This document shows, piece by piece, positions 30,230-41,500 of a DNA stretch of 64,000 bases. Each line of letters begins with the position of its first letter. Position 1 is the stretch's first letter. Below the pieces are notes generated by a model. That model was not told the DNA's origin, made no database searches, and was given only the letters and a program-made list of their open reading frames with translations. A program made the position numbers and the translations under genes. The stretch comes from Longimicrobiales bacterium (GTDB lineage Bacteria; Gemmatimonadota; Gemmatimonadetes; Longimicrobiales; Gaopeijiaceae): contig CBDDCX010000008.1 in the NCBI GenBank assembly GCA_965226375.1, forward strand, positions 2,016,001 to 2,080,000. Reading direction: 5' to 3'.

Positions 30230-32528
30230 CTACCTGGGCCAGCCCGGCACCATCACGGGAGTCGGCTCCGGCGCTCCGGCAGCCACGCCCACCTGACCCG
30301 ACGTATTGAGACCCCAGCAGTAGATCTCTCCAAGACCGTTGAGCCCACAGGTGTGTTCCCCGAGGCCTGGCAACAGAAGGGTGATACCGTGCTGCATGGG
30401 AAGCAGTACGGGCGTGTCGTTGGTCCCGCCCGTGACCCCGATTCCCAACTCACCCGACGCGTTCAGACCCCAGCAGTACGTCAGTCCTGCCACGACCCCA
30501 CAGGTGTGTCCACCTCCAGCTGTGATGCTGGTGAAGGTGTGACCGCCCAGTACGAGCGTCGGCGTCGGGTTTGCGGTGGGCACCGCACCACCCGCCCCGA
30601 GTGAGCCGCTGATGTCCTCGCCCCAGCAGTAGCCCGCGCCGGTGTTCGTGTAACCACAAGAGTACCCCGCGCCCGCGGACATCCCAAAGAAGACGAACCC
30701 ACCCACGACCTGAACAGGCACGGAACGGCTAACCTGAGTACCGATTCCGAGCTGTCCCTGGTCGTTTAGGCCCCAGCAAAACAGGTTCCCTCCCAGGGTG
30801 AGAGCGCAAGTGTGGTCCGTCCCTGCACTGATAACCTGGAAGGATACGCCGGCCACCGCGGCGGGCGTCAGCGCGTCGGAAAGAGCGGCGTTGCCCAACC
30901 GTCCAGCGCCCCCGTCGCCCCAGCAGTAGGCTGCGCCGGTTCCGTCTAGCGCGCACGTGTGGGATTCTCCGGCACTGATGCGAACAAAGTGGAGGTCACC
31001 GCTCACCTTGACGGCATCGGGCCGGCTCACGGTGGTCCCATCGCCAAGCTGCCCGTCGTCGTTAAGCCCCCAGCAGTACGCCTCACCATTGGCGTCGAGA
31101 CCGCACGTGTGCGCGCCGCCCGCCGAAACCCTCATGAGAGTGACGTCATCGATCAACCGTGGCACCGAGCTGAAGGAGGGACCACTCCCCAACTGATCAT
31201 CGCCGTTGTCACCCCAGCAATACCAGGATCCGTCGGAGCCGGCGCGAGCACAGTTGTGGTTCTTACCGACTGTCAGGAAAGCTCCCGGACCGACCTGAGC
31301 GAAGGCCTCAGCCGTGAAGGTCGTGCTAGTCGCCCCCGCTGTCGAAACGGTAACCGTAGTCGTGCCAGCCGTCGCCGGTAGGGTAAGAACTGTACTCACG
31401 AGCCCTTGGCTATCCGTGCCAACGGGCTCGGGACTGATGGAGCCCGAGCTCGCACTCAGCGTGATCACAGCGAACGGGATCGGATTGCCGGAGGCATCCA
31501 CGACCCTGGCAACCAACGGGAGAGGGAGTGCGGTGGAGACCAACCCCACCTGTAGGTCACCCGAAACCTTCTCAACGGCTACCGGAGAGCCAACGAGCGC
31601 CGTTGCCGTAAACGTATCGCTGAGACCCAGGTCAAGGACGGATGCCGTGACCGTGACGGGCCCGGCAGTCTCCGGAAGTGTAAGAGTGGTACTCGCGAGC
31701 CCCTCGTCGTCGGTCGTTCCAGTCGTTGTGGTCAAGACCCCAGCGCTGGTGGAGAACTCCACGTCCTGTCCTACAGCAGGATTCCCGAAAGCGTCCTCGA
31801 GCTTCACGACCATAGGGGAAGCCAGAGTGGCCAGGACCACTCCCGTCTGGGAGTCACCCGAGACCTTTGTGATGCTCGTTGCGGGCCCGGCGACGCCATT
31901 AGCCGTGAAGTCGATCGCAAACTGTGCGATCGCCGCCCTCAATCGCTGGGTGCCCAGCAGAGTGCCCAACGTCCAGTCGACGCTCGCCCGGCCATCTTGC
32001 CCAGTGATGGCGGTGCCCGCCACCGACCCTCCTCCGCTCGTGACGGAAAACTGGATGACGAGATTCGGAACGGGACTCCCCAATGCATCGGTCAGCAGAA
32101 CCTCTGGCCGCTCCGGCAACGCCTGACCCACGACACCCGTCTGAGCGTCACCAGTCGATTTTTCGAGCGCCGCGGCCTGCTGATCCACCTGAAGCACGAT
32201 CGCCCCACTCGCCGCGCCTGCCGTGGCCGTGATGATGGTCGTGCCATGGCCGCGAGCGGTGATAAGCCCGCTACCGCTCACCTCGGCGACCGGAGCATTG
32301 CTGGACGACCAGGTCACTGTCTGCCCGGGCATGACGTTTCCGTTCTGGTCACGAACCTCGGCGGAAGCCTGGGTCGTCTCACCCGTGGAGACCAGGATAG
32401 CCTTGGGTAGGATGACACTGATGGACGTGGGACTTAGGGGAACAAACTCCCCCACCTCCACCATCACCCTTGCAGCCCGTCAGCAGCAGGAGCAGCCCTA
32501 TGGCGACGGCCTGATTGGTACGTGTCAT
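30230..32528 (-). CDS. Surface lipoprotein with Ig-like (Big_2/Big_1) domains and a C-terminal RCC1-like propeller; frameshift after the signal
   Basis: WSSSNAPVAEVS, three GD.Q.G Ig repeats and seven HTC..YCWG.N..GQLG repeats. ATG 32528 encodes MTRTNQAVAIGLLLLLTGC (lipobox), which is joined to the body by removing one base at 32444-32446. Confidence 0.88.
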
Positions 32529-32625
32529 CGTGTGACCTCGGCGCGGTATGTGGCTATGCGTCTAAGCTATCCACAATCGAGCAGGGGCCGAAAGCGTCGT
32601 ACTCCTGGATGCCCGCCGAATCGGT

Positions 32626-33882
32626 TCAGCGGCTCAAGCGCAACCGTACAAAGTCGTCCCAGCTTACCTCATGGACACTACCGTCGTCGGCACGGATGGT
32701 GATACCGCGGTTGCCCGGGTTCACGTCATTGCTACCGGACAGTCGAAATGTACGACCGTCCAGGAGCACCACTTCCGCGCTGTAGCCGCGCTTGGCGATG
32801 GAAGCGATCTGGCTGAACTCGACGGTGAAGTCGATGCTTTTGTAGTCGCCGTCCAACATCTCCCAGGTGTACTCCTCGTCGTTGTCCCACCGGATTTCAC
32901 CGGTGAGTTCATCGCCCGACTCCGTGACCACGGTGCCGCGGATAAGGCGACCGCCGTCGAAGTCCTCGTAGGTGGCCTCCACTGGAGCATCAGAGAAGTG
33001 CACCGCCGAGAAGTCCTTCCACTCGACCTTGACCTGGCCCAATGCAAGGTCGGACACAGAGATCCCTTTGTTCGTCCGGTCGACATCGTTGGTACCGCTG
33101 AGGACCATCTCCTCGCCGCTCTCCAGGACCACACGACCAGAGCGGGAGTTGGCTCGGTGTATGGAGGCGATGTCCCCGAAAGCGATCTCCTGCCGGACTC
33201 CCTCCCCGTCATCACCGTCGAGGATGTCGGTAGTAAAGATCTCATCCACATCCCAGGTCACATAGCCGGTAAACTCGAGCCCGGCCCGGGTGGCCAGGGT
33301 CCCGTAGAGGCGCTCTCCCCGTGGAGTGATCCCGTCGGGAGCAGCCATGAACTCCACGGCCTCCAGGTCACGCCACTTCAGCTCTGCAATGCCCTGCCGC
33401 GGATCATCGACGACGAGTGCACGCATGCCCCGTCCTAAATCCGTCCGGTGACTTCCAAGCTCCTGCTGCTGCCCCGACTTGAGCGTGAACAGAGCCGCGC
33501 GCGAGTTCAGTACGTCGATACGCCGGACATGGCCGAAGCGGATGCCGGAGAGGGCGGAGCGGCGGCCCTTCCGATCGACATCCAGCAGATCCGCCCAACT
33601 CCCCTCGTTCCGGTCCCAGCGGATGTAGCCCTCGAATTCCTGGCCCGACCGCGTGACGACGTTCCCATAGAGACGACTGTCCAGGGCCGGTCCTTCCGAG
33701 CGCTCGACGAGCGGGGCCGGAGCCACCACGGGGACGTCGGCCGGAATCGAAACGGTGTAGCTCCGGTGCTGGTGGGGGGCCGCGTTGGCCCAAAGGGCCA
33801 TGGTGCAGGCTAGGCTCAGGAGCCCTGCACCGGCGATGACCGACAGGTTCTGAGCGTCTTCCTTGCGAGTCGGCTCTCTCAT
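32626..33882 (-). CDS. Hypothetical membrane-anchored protein with three internal repeats
   Basis: One TM segment followed by three units of about 115-125 aa, each beginning (Y/R)G.V.T.SG.E.TG.I.WD..E. Confidence 0.8.
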   Translation of the reverse strand: MREPTRKEDAQNLSVIAGAGLLSLACTMALWANAAPHQHRSYTVSIPADVPVVAPAPLVERSEGPALDSRLYGNVVTRSGQEFEGYIRWDRNEGSWADLLDVDRKGRRSALSGIRFGHVRRIDVLNSRAALFTLKSGQQQELGSHRTDLGRGMRALVVDDPRQGIAELKWRDLEAVEFMAAPDGITPRGERLYGTLATRAGLEFTGYVTWDVDEIFTTDILDGDDGEGVRQEIAFGDIASIHRANSRSGRVVLESGEEMVLSGTNDVDRTNKGISVSDLALGQVKVEWKDFSAVHFSDAPVEATYEDFDGGRLIRGTVVTESGDELTGEIRWDNDEEYTWEMLDGDYKSIDFTVEFSQIASIAKRGYSAEVVLLDGRTFRLSGSNDVNPGNRGITIRADDGSVHEVSWDDFVRLRLSR

Positions 33883-33984
33883 CTTCTCCCCCAATTCCAG
33901 GACCACGGAGCTCTGCTGCAGATGACTATCGTACTGGCGGCGTCTCGACGGAGTTCCCCAGCTCCCCACTCCGGCCCGCTCGCA

Positions 33985-34485
33985 TCAGCCCTTCGGTGCG
34001 TCTTCAGGTTCCGGCATGTTCGCCAGGTGCAGGTATCCAATTATTAGGATGGCTGCGAAGAGGTTCACGGCCACCACCATCGCCAACCCGACGGGCTGCA
34101 ACGCGACCACCGAACTCGATACGGCCACCGTGCCATAGAACACCGCTGTGCAGAGGGCGGCCACGACGATGAGCCGGGTTAGGCCCGCCAGGGGCTTCCA
34201 GTCGAAGAGGAACGATGCCAGAGCGCCGACCATTGCGAAGGCCAGAAAGTGCATTAGGGTGAGGGTCGCGATCTGGTAGGCCGTTGAGACCCCGGCAACC
34301 AGACCGGCAAAACTGGTGAAGTCCACCACGAAGCCTGTGGGGCCCAAGACGGCTCCCGACAGAGCGGCCGGCGTCGCCAGCGGCTCGAACCGCATCAGAT
34401 CCAGAACGAAGAAGGACAGGGCTACACCCGCCGCCCCGAGGACCCCGGCTTCCACCCCTCTGACCGCACGGTCGTATGCGCTCAT
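33985..34485 (-). CDS. Hypothetical integral membrane protein
   Basis: Four hydrophobic segments; AGGAG RBS. Confidence 0.75.
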   Translation of the reverse strand: MSAYDRAVRGVEAGVLGAAGVALSFFVLDLMRFEPLATPAALSGAVLGPTGFVVDFTSFAGLVAGVSTAYQIATLTLMHFLAFAMVGALASFLFDWKPLAGLTRLIVVAALCTAVFYGTVAVSSSVVALQPVGLAMVVAVNLFAAILIIGYLHLANMPEPEDAPKG

Positions 34486-34578
34486 GGTCTGGCTCCTGGA
34501 GTGTGTCGATCTACCCCTGCCCCACCGACCCGTCCAAGCAACGTGAGCCGTGTACCTCCTCCGAGCAAGAAGCCGGGA

Positions 34579-35793
34579 CTACGCTACCCACCCTCCGGTC
34601 ACCTCGAGCAAACGGTCGATCTCTTCATCCGTGTTGAATAACGCCACACCCGCCCTGAGCTGAGCACCCTCTTCCCTTACGCTCACCAGAATGGACGCCT
34701 CTTCGAGAGTGCGGCGCACCATCGCGGGATCACGTCCGTGCTCGAACGTGACGATGGCGGATCGATTGCCGGAGGGCGTCAGCACGTCATGCCCCTGGGC
34801 CCGCAGTCCTTCGTTCAGGCGGTTGGCGATGGCCACGGTGTGCCGCTCGATGTTGGGGACACCCACCTCGAGGAGATAGTCGAGACCGGCACTGAGCTGG
34901 AAGACGGCTCCGAACGCCATGGTGGCATACCCGTACTTCTTGGCGTCCTCGTGGAGCCGGAAACGATGGTCGCCCAGATTCTCGGCCGACTGGAGCGATC
35001 CGAAACGATCGACGGTAACCATGTCGAGGAGTCCCTCTTTGACATAGAAGGGCGCCACACCGAACCCGCCGAGCAGCCACTTGTAGGTACCGGCGGTAAA
35101 GAAGTCGACTTGTGTGTCCCGGACGTCGAGATCCAGCATCCCCACACCCTGAATGGCATCGGCATACAGGTAGGCACCGTGTGCGTGGGCGATCTCGGCC
35201 AACGCCTTCAGGTCGTGGCGGTAGCCATTCACGTGCGAAACCCATGAAACGGATACGAGCTTGGTGCGTCCGTCCACCTTCTCTGCGAACGCCTCCGCGG
35301 AGGCGGCACCGCCTCGGTTCCGCACGGTCCGGACCTCGATCCCCCTGGTTTCGCGGAGATGCTGGTACAGGATGTAGGTGGTGTCGTAATGGAGGTCGTC
35401 GACGACGACATTGTCACCGGGCTGAAGATCGAGAGCGTTGGTCACGATGTTCTCACCGTCACTGGTCGAGAACAGAACACCGATCTCCGGCTCGGTGGCC
35501 CCAACCAGCTCGGCGTACTTTCGCCGCATGGCATTGGTTGCCTGGAGCATGGCTCCAAGGCTCACCGGATCGCGCGCTTTCCGCTCCGCAAACGCCTGAG
35601 CAGCGTCGACGGCCTGTCGCGGGGACGGCGTGATGTAGGCCGAGTTCAGATAGATCCCGTCCTCGACCACAGGAAAGTCCTTGCGAACATCCAGCGGGTC
35701 TTGCTGTAGGGCCGCAACGGAGCCCGGCTTGAGCCCGGTGACCGCGGCGGCGGCGGAAACGCTACCGATGAACGCTCGACGCGTGAGATCCAC
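34579..35793 (-). CDS. Class V PLP-dependent aminotransferase-fold enzyme with Tat signal
   Basis: Tat motif LTRRAF, YLNSA, DAIQ and the PLP-lysine motif GTYKWLLG. Confidence 0.9.
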   Translation of the reverse strand: MDLTRRAFIGSVSAAAAVTGLKPGSVAALQQDPLDVRKDFPVVEDGIYLNSAYITPSPRQAVDAAQAFAERKARDPVSLGAMLQATNAMRRKYAELVGATEPEIGVLFSTSDGENIVTNALDLQPGDNVVVDDLHYDTTYILYQHLRETRGIEVRTVRNRGGAASAEAFAEKVDGRTKLVSVSWVSHVNGYRHDLKALAEIAHAHGAYLYADAIQGVGMLDLDVRDTQVDFFTAGTYKWLLGGFGVAPFYVKEGLLDMVTVDRFGSLQSAENLGDHRFRLHEDAKKYGYATMAFGAVFQLSAGLDYLLEVGVPNIERHTVAIANRLNEGLRAQGHDVLTPSGNRSAIVTFEHGRDPAMVRRTLEEASILVSVREEGAQLRAGVALFNTDEEIDRLLEVTGGWVA

Positions 35794-35859
35794 TGTTCTG
35801 CCTCCCGGATGTGGCGAATGGGTCATCTTAGCGCACACGGGCCCGCGGGCAACTCGAGC

Positions 35860-38103
35860 TTACAGGATCCTGAGCTGCTTCGAGTACTTCACGATGAACG
35901 AACGCGACATGGGTCCCGTGAGACTCGTCAGCCCATGCGACTCCTGGGCCTCATTGTATACCACGTACAAGCCCGTGCCCGCTGTATCCAGCCATCCGAA
36001 CCGCGCGTTGACCGACCAGACGTCGGCTTGGTCCGAATACTGGAGAAGGGTCTGGAGAAAGATCCGGGGCGTAAAGAAGTAGCCGACCTTCAGAGCCACT
36101 ACTGTAGTCTCGAAGTCTCCCTGGTCCAGCCGGATGATGTTGTGGTCCAGCCTGAGGTCAGCGGTAATGCTTTCGCCTTGCCGGTAGGTGATGGTCGCGT
36201 CACCGCCGTACCGCATGCCCGAGAAGAACTGGCCCGTACGTATCATGGTCCGTAAGGACAGCCGGTCCGAGGGGTCCGTCCTCAGCTCGAATCCCGGAAT
36301 AAAATCCTTATACGTCCCTACCGGGATGATGATTCCGGGTGAGATCTCGAACGGTTCGGTGAGCCCCTCGCTCTGGAAGTTGAGCTCGGGCCCGAAGAGA
36401 CCGCCCCCCTCGGTGGCGAACTCGGGATCGAAGTGGAAGTAACCTGTCGCCAAGGATCCGTCGAGATTCCAGTGATACCGAGCGTTAATGTGTGGAGAGA
36501 ACTCACGGATCCACGAGACGGAGGGCATCCGAAAGGCCTTTCGGATGTTCGCATCCATATAGCGGTAGCCCACCCGGTTCACGAACCCTACCTCCGGGTT
36601 GAAGTCCTCGCCGACCTGCCGGTACTGCGCGCTCGTGCTGAAATCACGAATCTCGTACAGCAGGTTGACGTTGACGGCCCCGTCGCCGCCATCCAGTCCT
36701 GGCGTTGCGGTCTTCGCGAGCCAAGCGTCCACAGTCCACCGGTCTCCGATGCCGAGCCGACCGTCGACCGCGTATGTGCGGTTGACGTCATTCCCGTCAT
36801 GGGTCGCACGCCGCTGTACGAACATTGCTCCGGCACGCGAGCGGTTGGGCAATTCACGGGTCACCCGGGCCACCGAGAATGAGTTCTGTCGGACCCCGGA
36901 CTCGATATTCTCATCCAGGTCGTCCGTGAAGATCTGAACGAACCCGATACCCAGGCCCCTGACTCTACCACTCAGTCGGCCACCTGCCAGAATCGGGACG
37001 GCGTTCCCTGCGGGGGAGATTCCGATCTTGCGACTGAAGAAAAGGTCCACCGCTCGGGGAGTACCCATGGCGAACGTGCCTGCGTTCTCGAGAAAGAACG
37101 GACGCTTCTCAGGGAAGAACAGGGGAAAGCGCGTCAGGTTCGTCCGTTGTTCGTCCACCTCGACCTGTGCAAAGTCGGTATTGGCCGTGAGGTCCAAGGT
37201 CAGCGACGGAGTCAGCGTGATCTTGGCATCGAGGCCGATATCGCTCGGATACTCCGTCTCGCCGGGGGCGTTCACGTAGTCCTTCTCAGCGGAGCCCAAC
37301 ACATATGGGGTCGCCGTGGCCGCTCTCCGGGCGGGCACCGGCACACTCGCAAGGTCGCCCGCAATAGAGAGCCGCATCAGGTTGTATTGACGCGGAATCG
37401 GGGCCCAGAAGGACTCCTCGTTCCGACGCCTGATACGCCTCACCATGTTCAGTCCCCACGTCTGTACGGACCCGCCGGCGTATCGGAGCGTGGAGAACGG
37501 AATGCGGAACTCGGCGTACCAGCCCTCCGAATTGCGCGAGGTCGCGACTTCCCAGCTCCCGTCCCAGTTGAGATTGAAGCCCCCCGAGGATCCAGTCTGC
37601 TGCCGACGGCCTCCCCCGGGGACACGCCCACCGCCCACACCCTCGTTCACCACCTGCCCGTCGTACTCGATGGCCGCCGGCGTCGTCGAGAAGATGAAAC
37701 CGTTCTGGCGGTCCCGGTACGTGTCGAGGATGATGCCGAAGTGGTCGGCCACCTGAATGTTCGCGTCCCGAAGGCGCTCACCCGTCACGATCTGATCGGG
37801 CGTGCGATCGTATAGCCATGCGCCCACGTAGAGCGCTTCCTCGTCCGCGAGGATGCGCACTTCCGTGCGTTCCGACACCGGTTCGCCCTCCACGGGCTCA
37901 CGCTGGAAGAAGTCCGTGATAGGTGTGCCGAGCCCCCAGGCCTCATCGTCCAACTGTCCGTCGATGACCGGCGGTGCTGTGCTGATTCGGGTCACTGAGG
38001 CCGTCGGGCCACCGTCTTGCTGGGCGTCGAGGGCGATGGGTGTCATATAGGCGGCGAAGGCCGAAAAGAGCATCGTGCAAACGACGCGAAATCGCGAATT
38101 CAT
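35860..38103 (-). CDS. CBM9-like plus DUF5916 outer-membrane protein
   Basis: PVIDGQLDDEAW, AEFRIPFSTLRY and NTDFAQVEVD..NLTRFPLFFPEKRPFFLE, followed by C-terminal beta-strands. Confidence 0.85.
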   Translation of the reverse strand: MNSRFRVVCTMLFSAFAAYMTPIALDAQQDGGPTASVTRISTAPPVIDGQLDDEAWGLGTPITDFFQREPVEGEPVSERTEVRILADEEALYVGAWLYDRTPDQIVTGERLRDANIQVADHFGIILDTYRDRQNGFIFSTTPAAIEYDGQVVNEGVGGGRVPGGGRRQQTGSSGGFNLNWDGSWEVATSRNSEGWYAEFRIPFSTLRYAGGSVQTWGLNMVRRIRRRNEESFWAPIPRQYNLMRLSIAGDLASVPVPARRAATATPYVLGSAEKDYVNAPGETEYPSDIGLDAKITLTPSLTLDLTANTDFAQVEVDEQRTNLTRFPLFFPEKRPFFLENAGTFAMGTPRAVDLFFSRKIGISPAGNAVPILAGGRLSGRVRGLGIGFVQIFTDDLDENIESGVRQNSFSVARVTRELPNRSRAGAMFVQRRATHDGNDVNRTYAVDGRLGIGDRWTVDAWLAKTATPGLDGGDGAVNVNLLYEIRDFSTSAQYRQVGEDFNPEVGFVNRVGYRYMDANIRKAFRMPSVSWIREFSPHINARYHWNLDGSLATGYFHFDPEFATEGGGLFGPELNFQSEGLTEPFEISPGIIIPVGTYKDFIPGFELRTDPSDRLSLRTMIRTGQFFSGMRYGGDATITYRQGESITADLRLDHNIIRLDQGDFETTVVALKVGYFFTPRIFLQTLLQYSDQADVWSVNARFGWLDTAGTGLYVVYNEAQESHGLTSLTGPMSRSFIVKYSKQLRIL

Positions 38104-38560
38104 GTAGGAAGCCGGTTCCGAGGTGATGATGCTGGGAAGAAGATCGATGGGAACAGGAATGTCAAAGGAGCCTATTTTGCCGCGATTACTTCGCGGTGAA
38201 CGCACGCTACGTCACCGGCCATGGAAAGTCGCATGAGGCTGAGTCGATGTCCGGCACTCAGAACGCCGCCTCATGCTTGCGCAGAATCGGGCGTACGAAG
38301 TTCTTGTCCACGTCTGCAAGGACCTGCCGGCATAGCGAAGTGTTGAGAAGGGAAGTCGCTATACGTCTGGCCGGCAACCCGGGCGGGGGGCACGGCGGTG
38401 ACGCAACTAGAAGTGAAGAGCCAGGAATGGCCAGCTCGCCTCAGCACATCCATTGGGGATCCTGCTCCCATAAGTATCGATGTGGGGAGAGGGGCGGCTC
38501 TCCGTAAACTCGCTAGAAGGTATAGCGACGGAGTGTTCTAGAGGAGTACCGGCCTTGAGG

Positions 38561-41500
38561 TCACCAGTCGGCTCGAATCGCCACGAGCGGGTCCACCCGG
38601 GACGCTCGACGGGCGGGCAGGTAGCAGGCCATGAATGCAACCGCTATTAGAAGGAGAGCGACACCTGCGTAGGTGACGGGATCACCCGGCTCCACCTCGA
38701 AGAGGAACGCCTCCAGAAGCCGACTCGCTCCAGCACCGCCCACCAAACCGATCCCGACTCCGATCAGCGTGAGCGCCATCCCGTTTCGGAGGATCATCCA
38801 GCGGACCTGAGACTCCCCGGCCCCGAGGGCAATCCGCACACCGATCTCACGCGTCCGCTGGGACACGAGGTACGCGACGACTCCATAGAGCCCGACCGTC
38901 CCGAGAAGGAGCGCCATGACCGCTGCGATGCCCAACACCGTCATGGTGAACGACATGCGAGCCAGGGAGGCATCGACGATCTCTTGCATGGTCCGGGGAT
39001 CACCGAGTGGCAGCCGGCCGTCCATGGCCCAGACGAGCCGGGTCACCGGACCAGCCAGGGCGCTGGGATCGCCGGCTGTGCGAATCACCAGGGTCATGCT
39101 CCTGGCCAGGTCGGTGAGGGCACCCGGCGAATCGACCATGGGAAGATATGCGAGGCTTTCCGGTGAGTTGCTCAGCGAGCGGTCAGCAACCGCCTCCACC
39201 ACCCCCACCACGGTCAGCCAATCCCCCTGGCCACCGTGCCGGATGCGCCGACCCAGCGGGCTTCGGCCCGCCCAGAAGCGCTCGGCCATGACGGTATTGA
39301 TGACGATCGAGTTCGTCACCGCCTCCGAGTCGTCGCGATCGACGAACCGGCCCTCGACAAGTCGGATACCCATCACGTCGAAATACGCGGAGGTGACGAC
39401 CTTGGCGTTGGTGCGAGTAGGAGGCTCGCCCGGTGCCGGCACATAATCCTCGAGTCGGAACCCATAGCTCTCGATGGCTTCACGGCCCAGCGGTACCCGG
39501 CTCACGGCACTCGCCATCTCGACTCCAGGCAACCCGGCCACCTCCTCGAGAAGCTGGTCGTAGAAGCCCACCACCCTCGCCTCCGTCGGATACTCCCCCT
39601 CCGGAAGGCTCACACGGGCGGTGAAGACCCCCTCGGCGTCGAACCCGGGATCCACCGACCGCAAGCTGGAAAAACTACGTACCATCAGGCCGGCACCCAC
39701 GAGCAGCGTGAGGGCGATGGCCACCTGACCCACGACTAGAGCGCCTCGTAATCGCTGACGCCACGGCGTCCCCGTGAGGCCGCGGGCTCCCTCGCCGAGA
39801 ATCGACACGAGTTCCTCCTGGCGAAGCATGGGAAGGAGACCGAAGAGGAGCGCCGACAGGACTGTCACCACCCCCGTGAAGGCGACGACGTTGAGGTCCA
39901 GCCCAATGTCCTCGAGGCGCGGGAGAGCGTCGGGTGCCAGCGCAGTCAGAGACCCGACCGCGAGCCCCCCCAAGAACAACCCCAGCACTCCGCCGGCCGC
40001 CGCAAGGACACCGCTTTCCGCCAGGAACAAACGCATCTGATCCAGGCGGGACGCGCCAAGGGCCTCGCGAATGGCACGAGCCTGTTGGCCACCCTCGGCC
40101 CTCGCCAGAAAGAGATTGGCCACGTTGGCACAGGCGATGAGAAGGACGAAGCCCACCGTGCCCAGAAGAAGCCACAGAGACTCTTGCACGTCACCGACGA
40201 GAGTTTCGCGGAGAGGCACGATGACTGATGTGAACTGACCGCGCGCCATAAGCGCCGGACTGAAGACGTCAGGCCTGAACTCCGGAAGATTGTCGATCCC
40301 GGCCTGGAAGTCGGCCCTCACTTCTTGGATCTCCCGATCCCTCGGCACTCGGGCGATCCCCGTGCAGACGTGACCGGTGAGCGGACCACCGCGCTCGATC
40401 AGAGCCGGAAGCCAGACGTCTGTGTCCTCGTCGGGATACCCGAACCTGCGGGGCATGACCCCCACGACCTCACGAGACACACCATCCAGAATAATGGTCC
40501 GGCCCACGAGCCCTGGGTCGGACCCGTACCGCCTCGGAACCTGTCAACGACAATGGGACACTCTACGGGATTAATTAGAGAGCAATGTCCTGTGTGGTGA
40601 GGGAAGGGATGGGAGGATTGATGAAGACGGCCTCCGGGAGCGGTTTGGGCTTCGGCACACCTCTGACGAAGCGTTCGGGATGAGCGGCCCATGCTTCGCG
40701 GAGCACGGATTTCCTGCCGGCAATGACCTGATCGGCGTTCCCGAAGTGGACCTGCTCGGGGGTTAGCATCGAGATGCCGCCATGGCGGTGCTCGGCATTG
40801 TACCAGCGGAAGAACGATCGACAGAACGTCTTGGCTTGGCCCTGATCCCCGAACCGTCCGGGAAACGAGGGATGGTACTTCAAGGTTTTGAACTGAGCCT
40901 CGGAAAACGGGTTGTCATCCGACACCTGAGGCCGGCTCAACGAGCGGGTCACGCCGAGGTCAGCGAGAAGTTGAGCGGTGCATTGGCTCGTCATTGGAGC
41001 TCCCCGATCCGAGTGCAGGGTCAGGACCCGGGGCTGGACGCCATGCTTCAGGCAGCTCTGCTGGATCAACCGGCCGGCCAGGGCCGAGTTCTCCCGGTCC
41101 GCCACCATCCAGCCCACGACGTAGCGGCTGTAGATGTCCATGATGACGTAGAGGTAGTAATAGCTCCACTTCTTCGGCCCGAGCAGCCGCGTGATATCCC
41201 AGGACCACACCTGGTTCGGCGCCGTGGCCATCAACTCGGGCTTCTTGTACTCGGGATGGGTGCGCTGCGCCCGGCGTTCCTGAACCGGCACCTCGGAGGC
41301 CAGAACACGATACATCGTGCGTTCGCTGCACAGGTAGACCTCTTCGTCGAGCAGCGTGGCCACCACCTCGGCGGGTGAGCGGTCCACGAACCGCTCCGAA
41401 CACAGCGTGTCGAAGACCTCGCCTCGTTCCGTCTCGCTCAATGCCCGGGCGGGCGTCGGGCGGGGCTGCTGTTGCCCGGTTGATGGGCCTCGACGACGGT

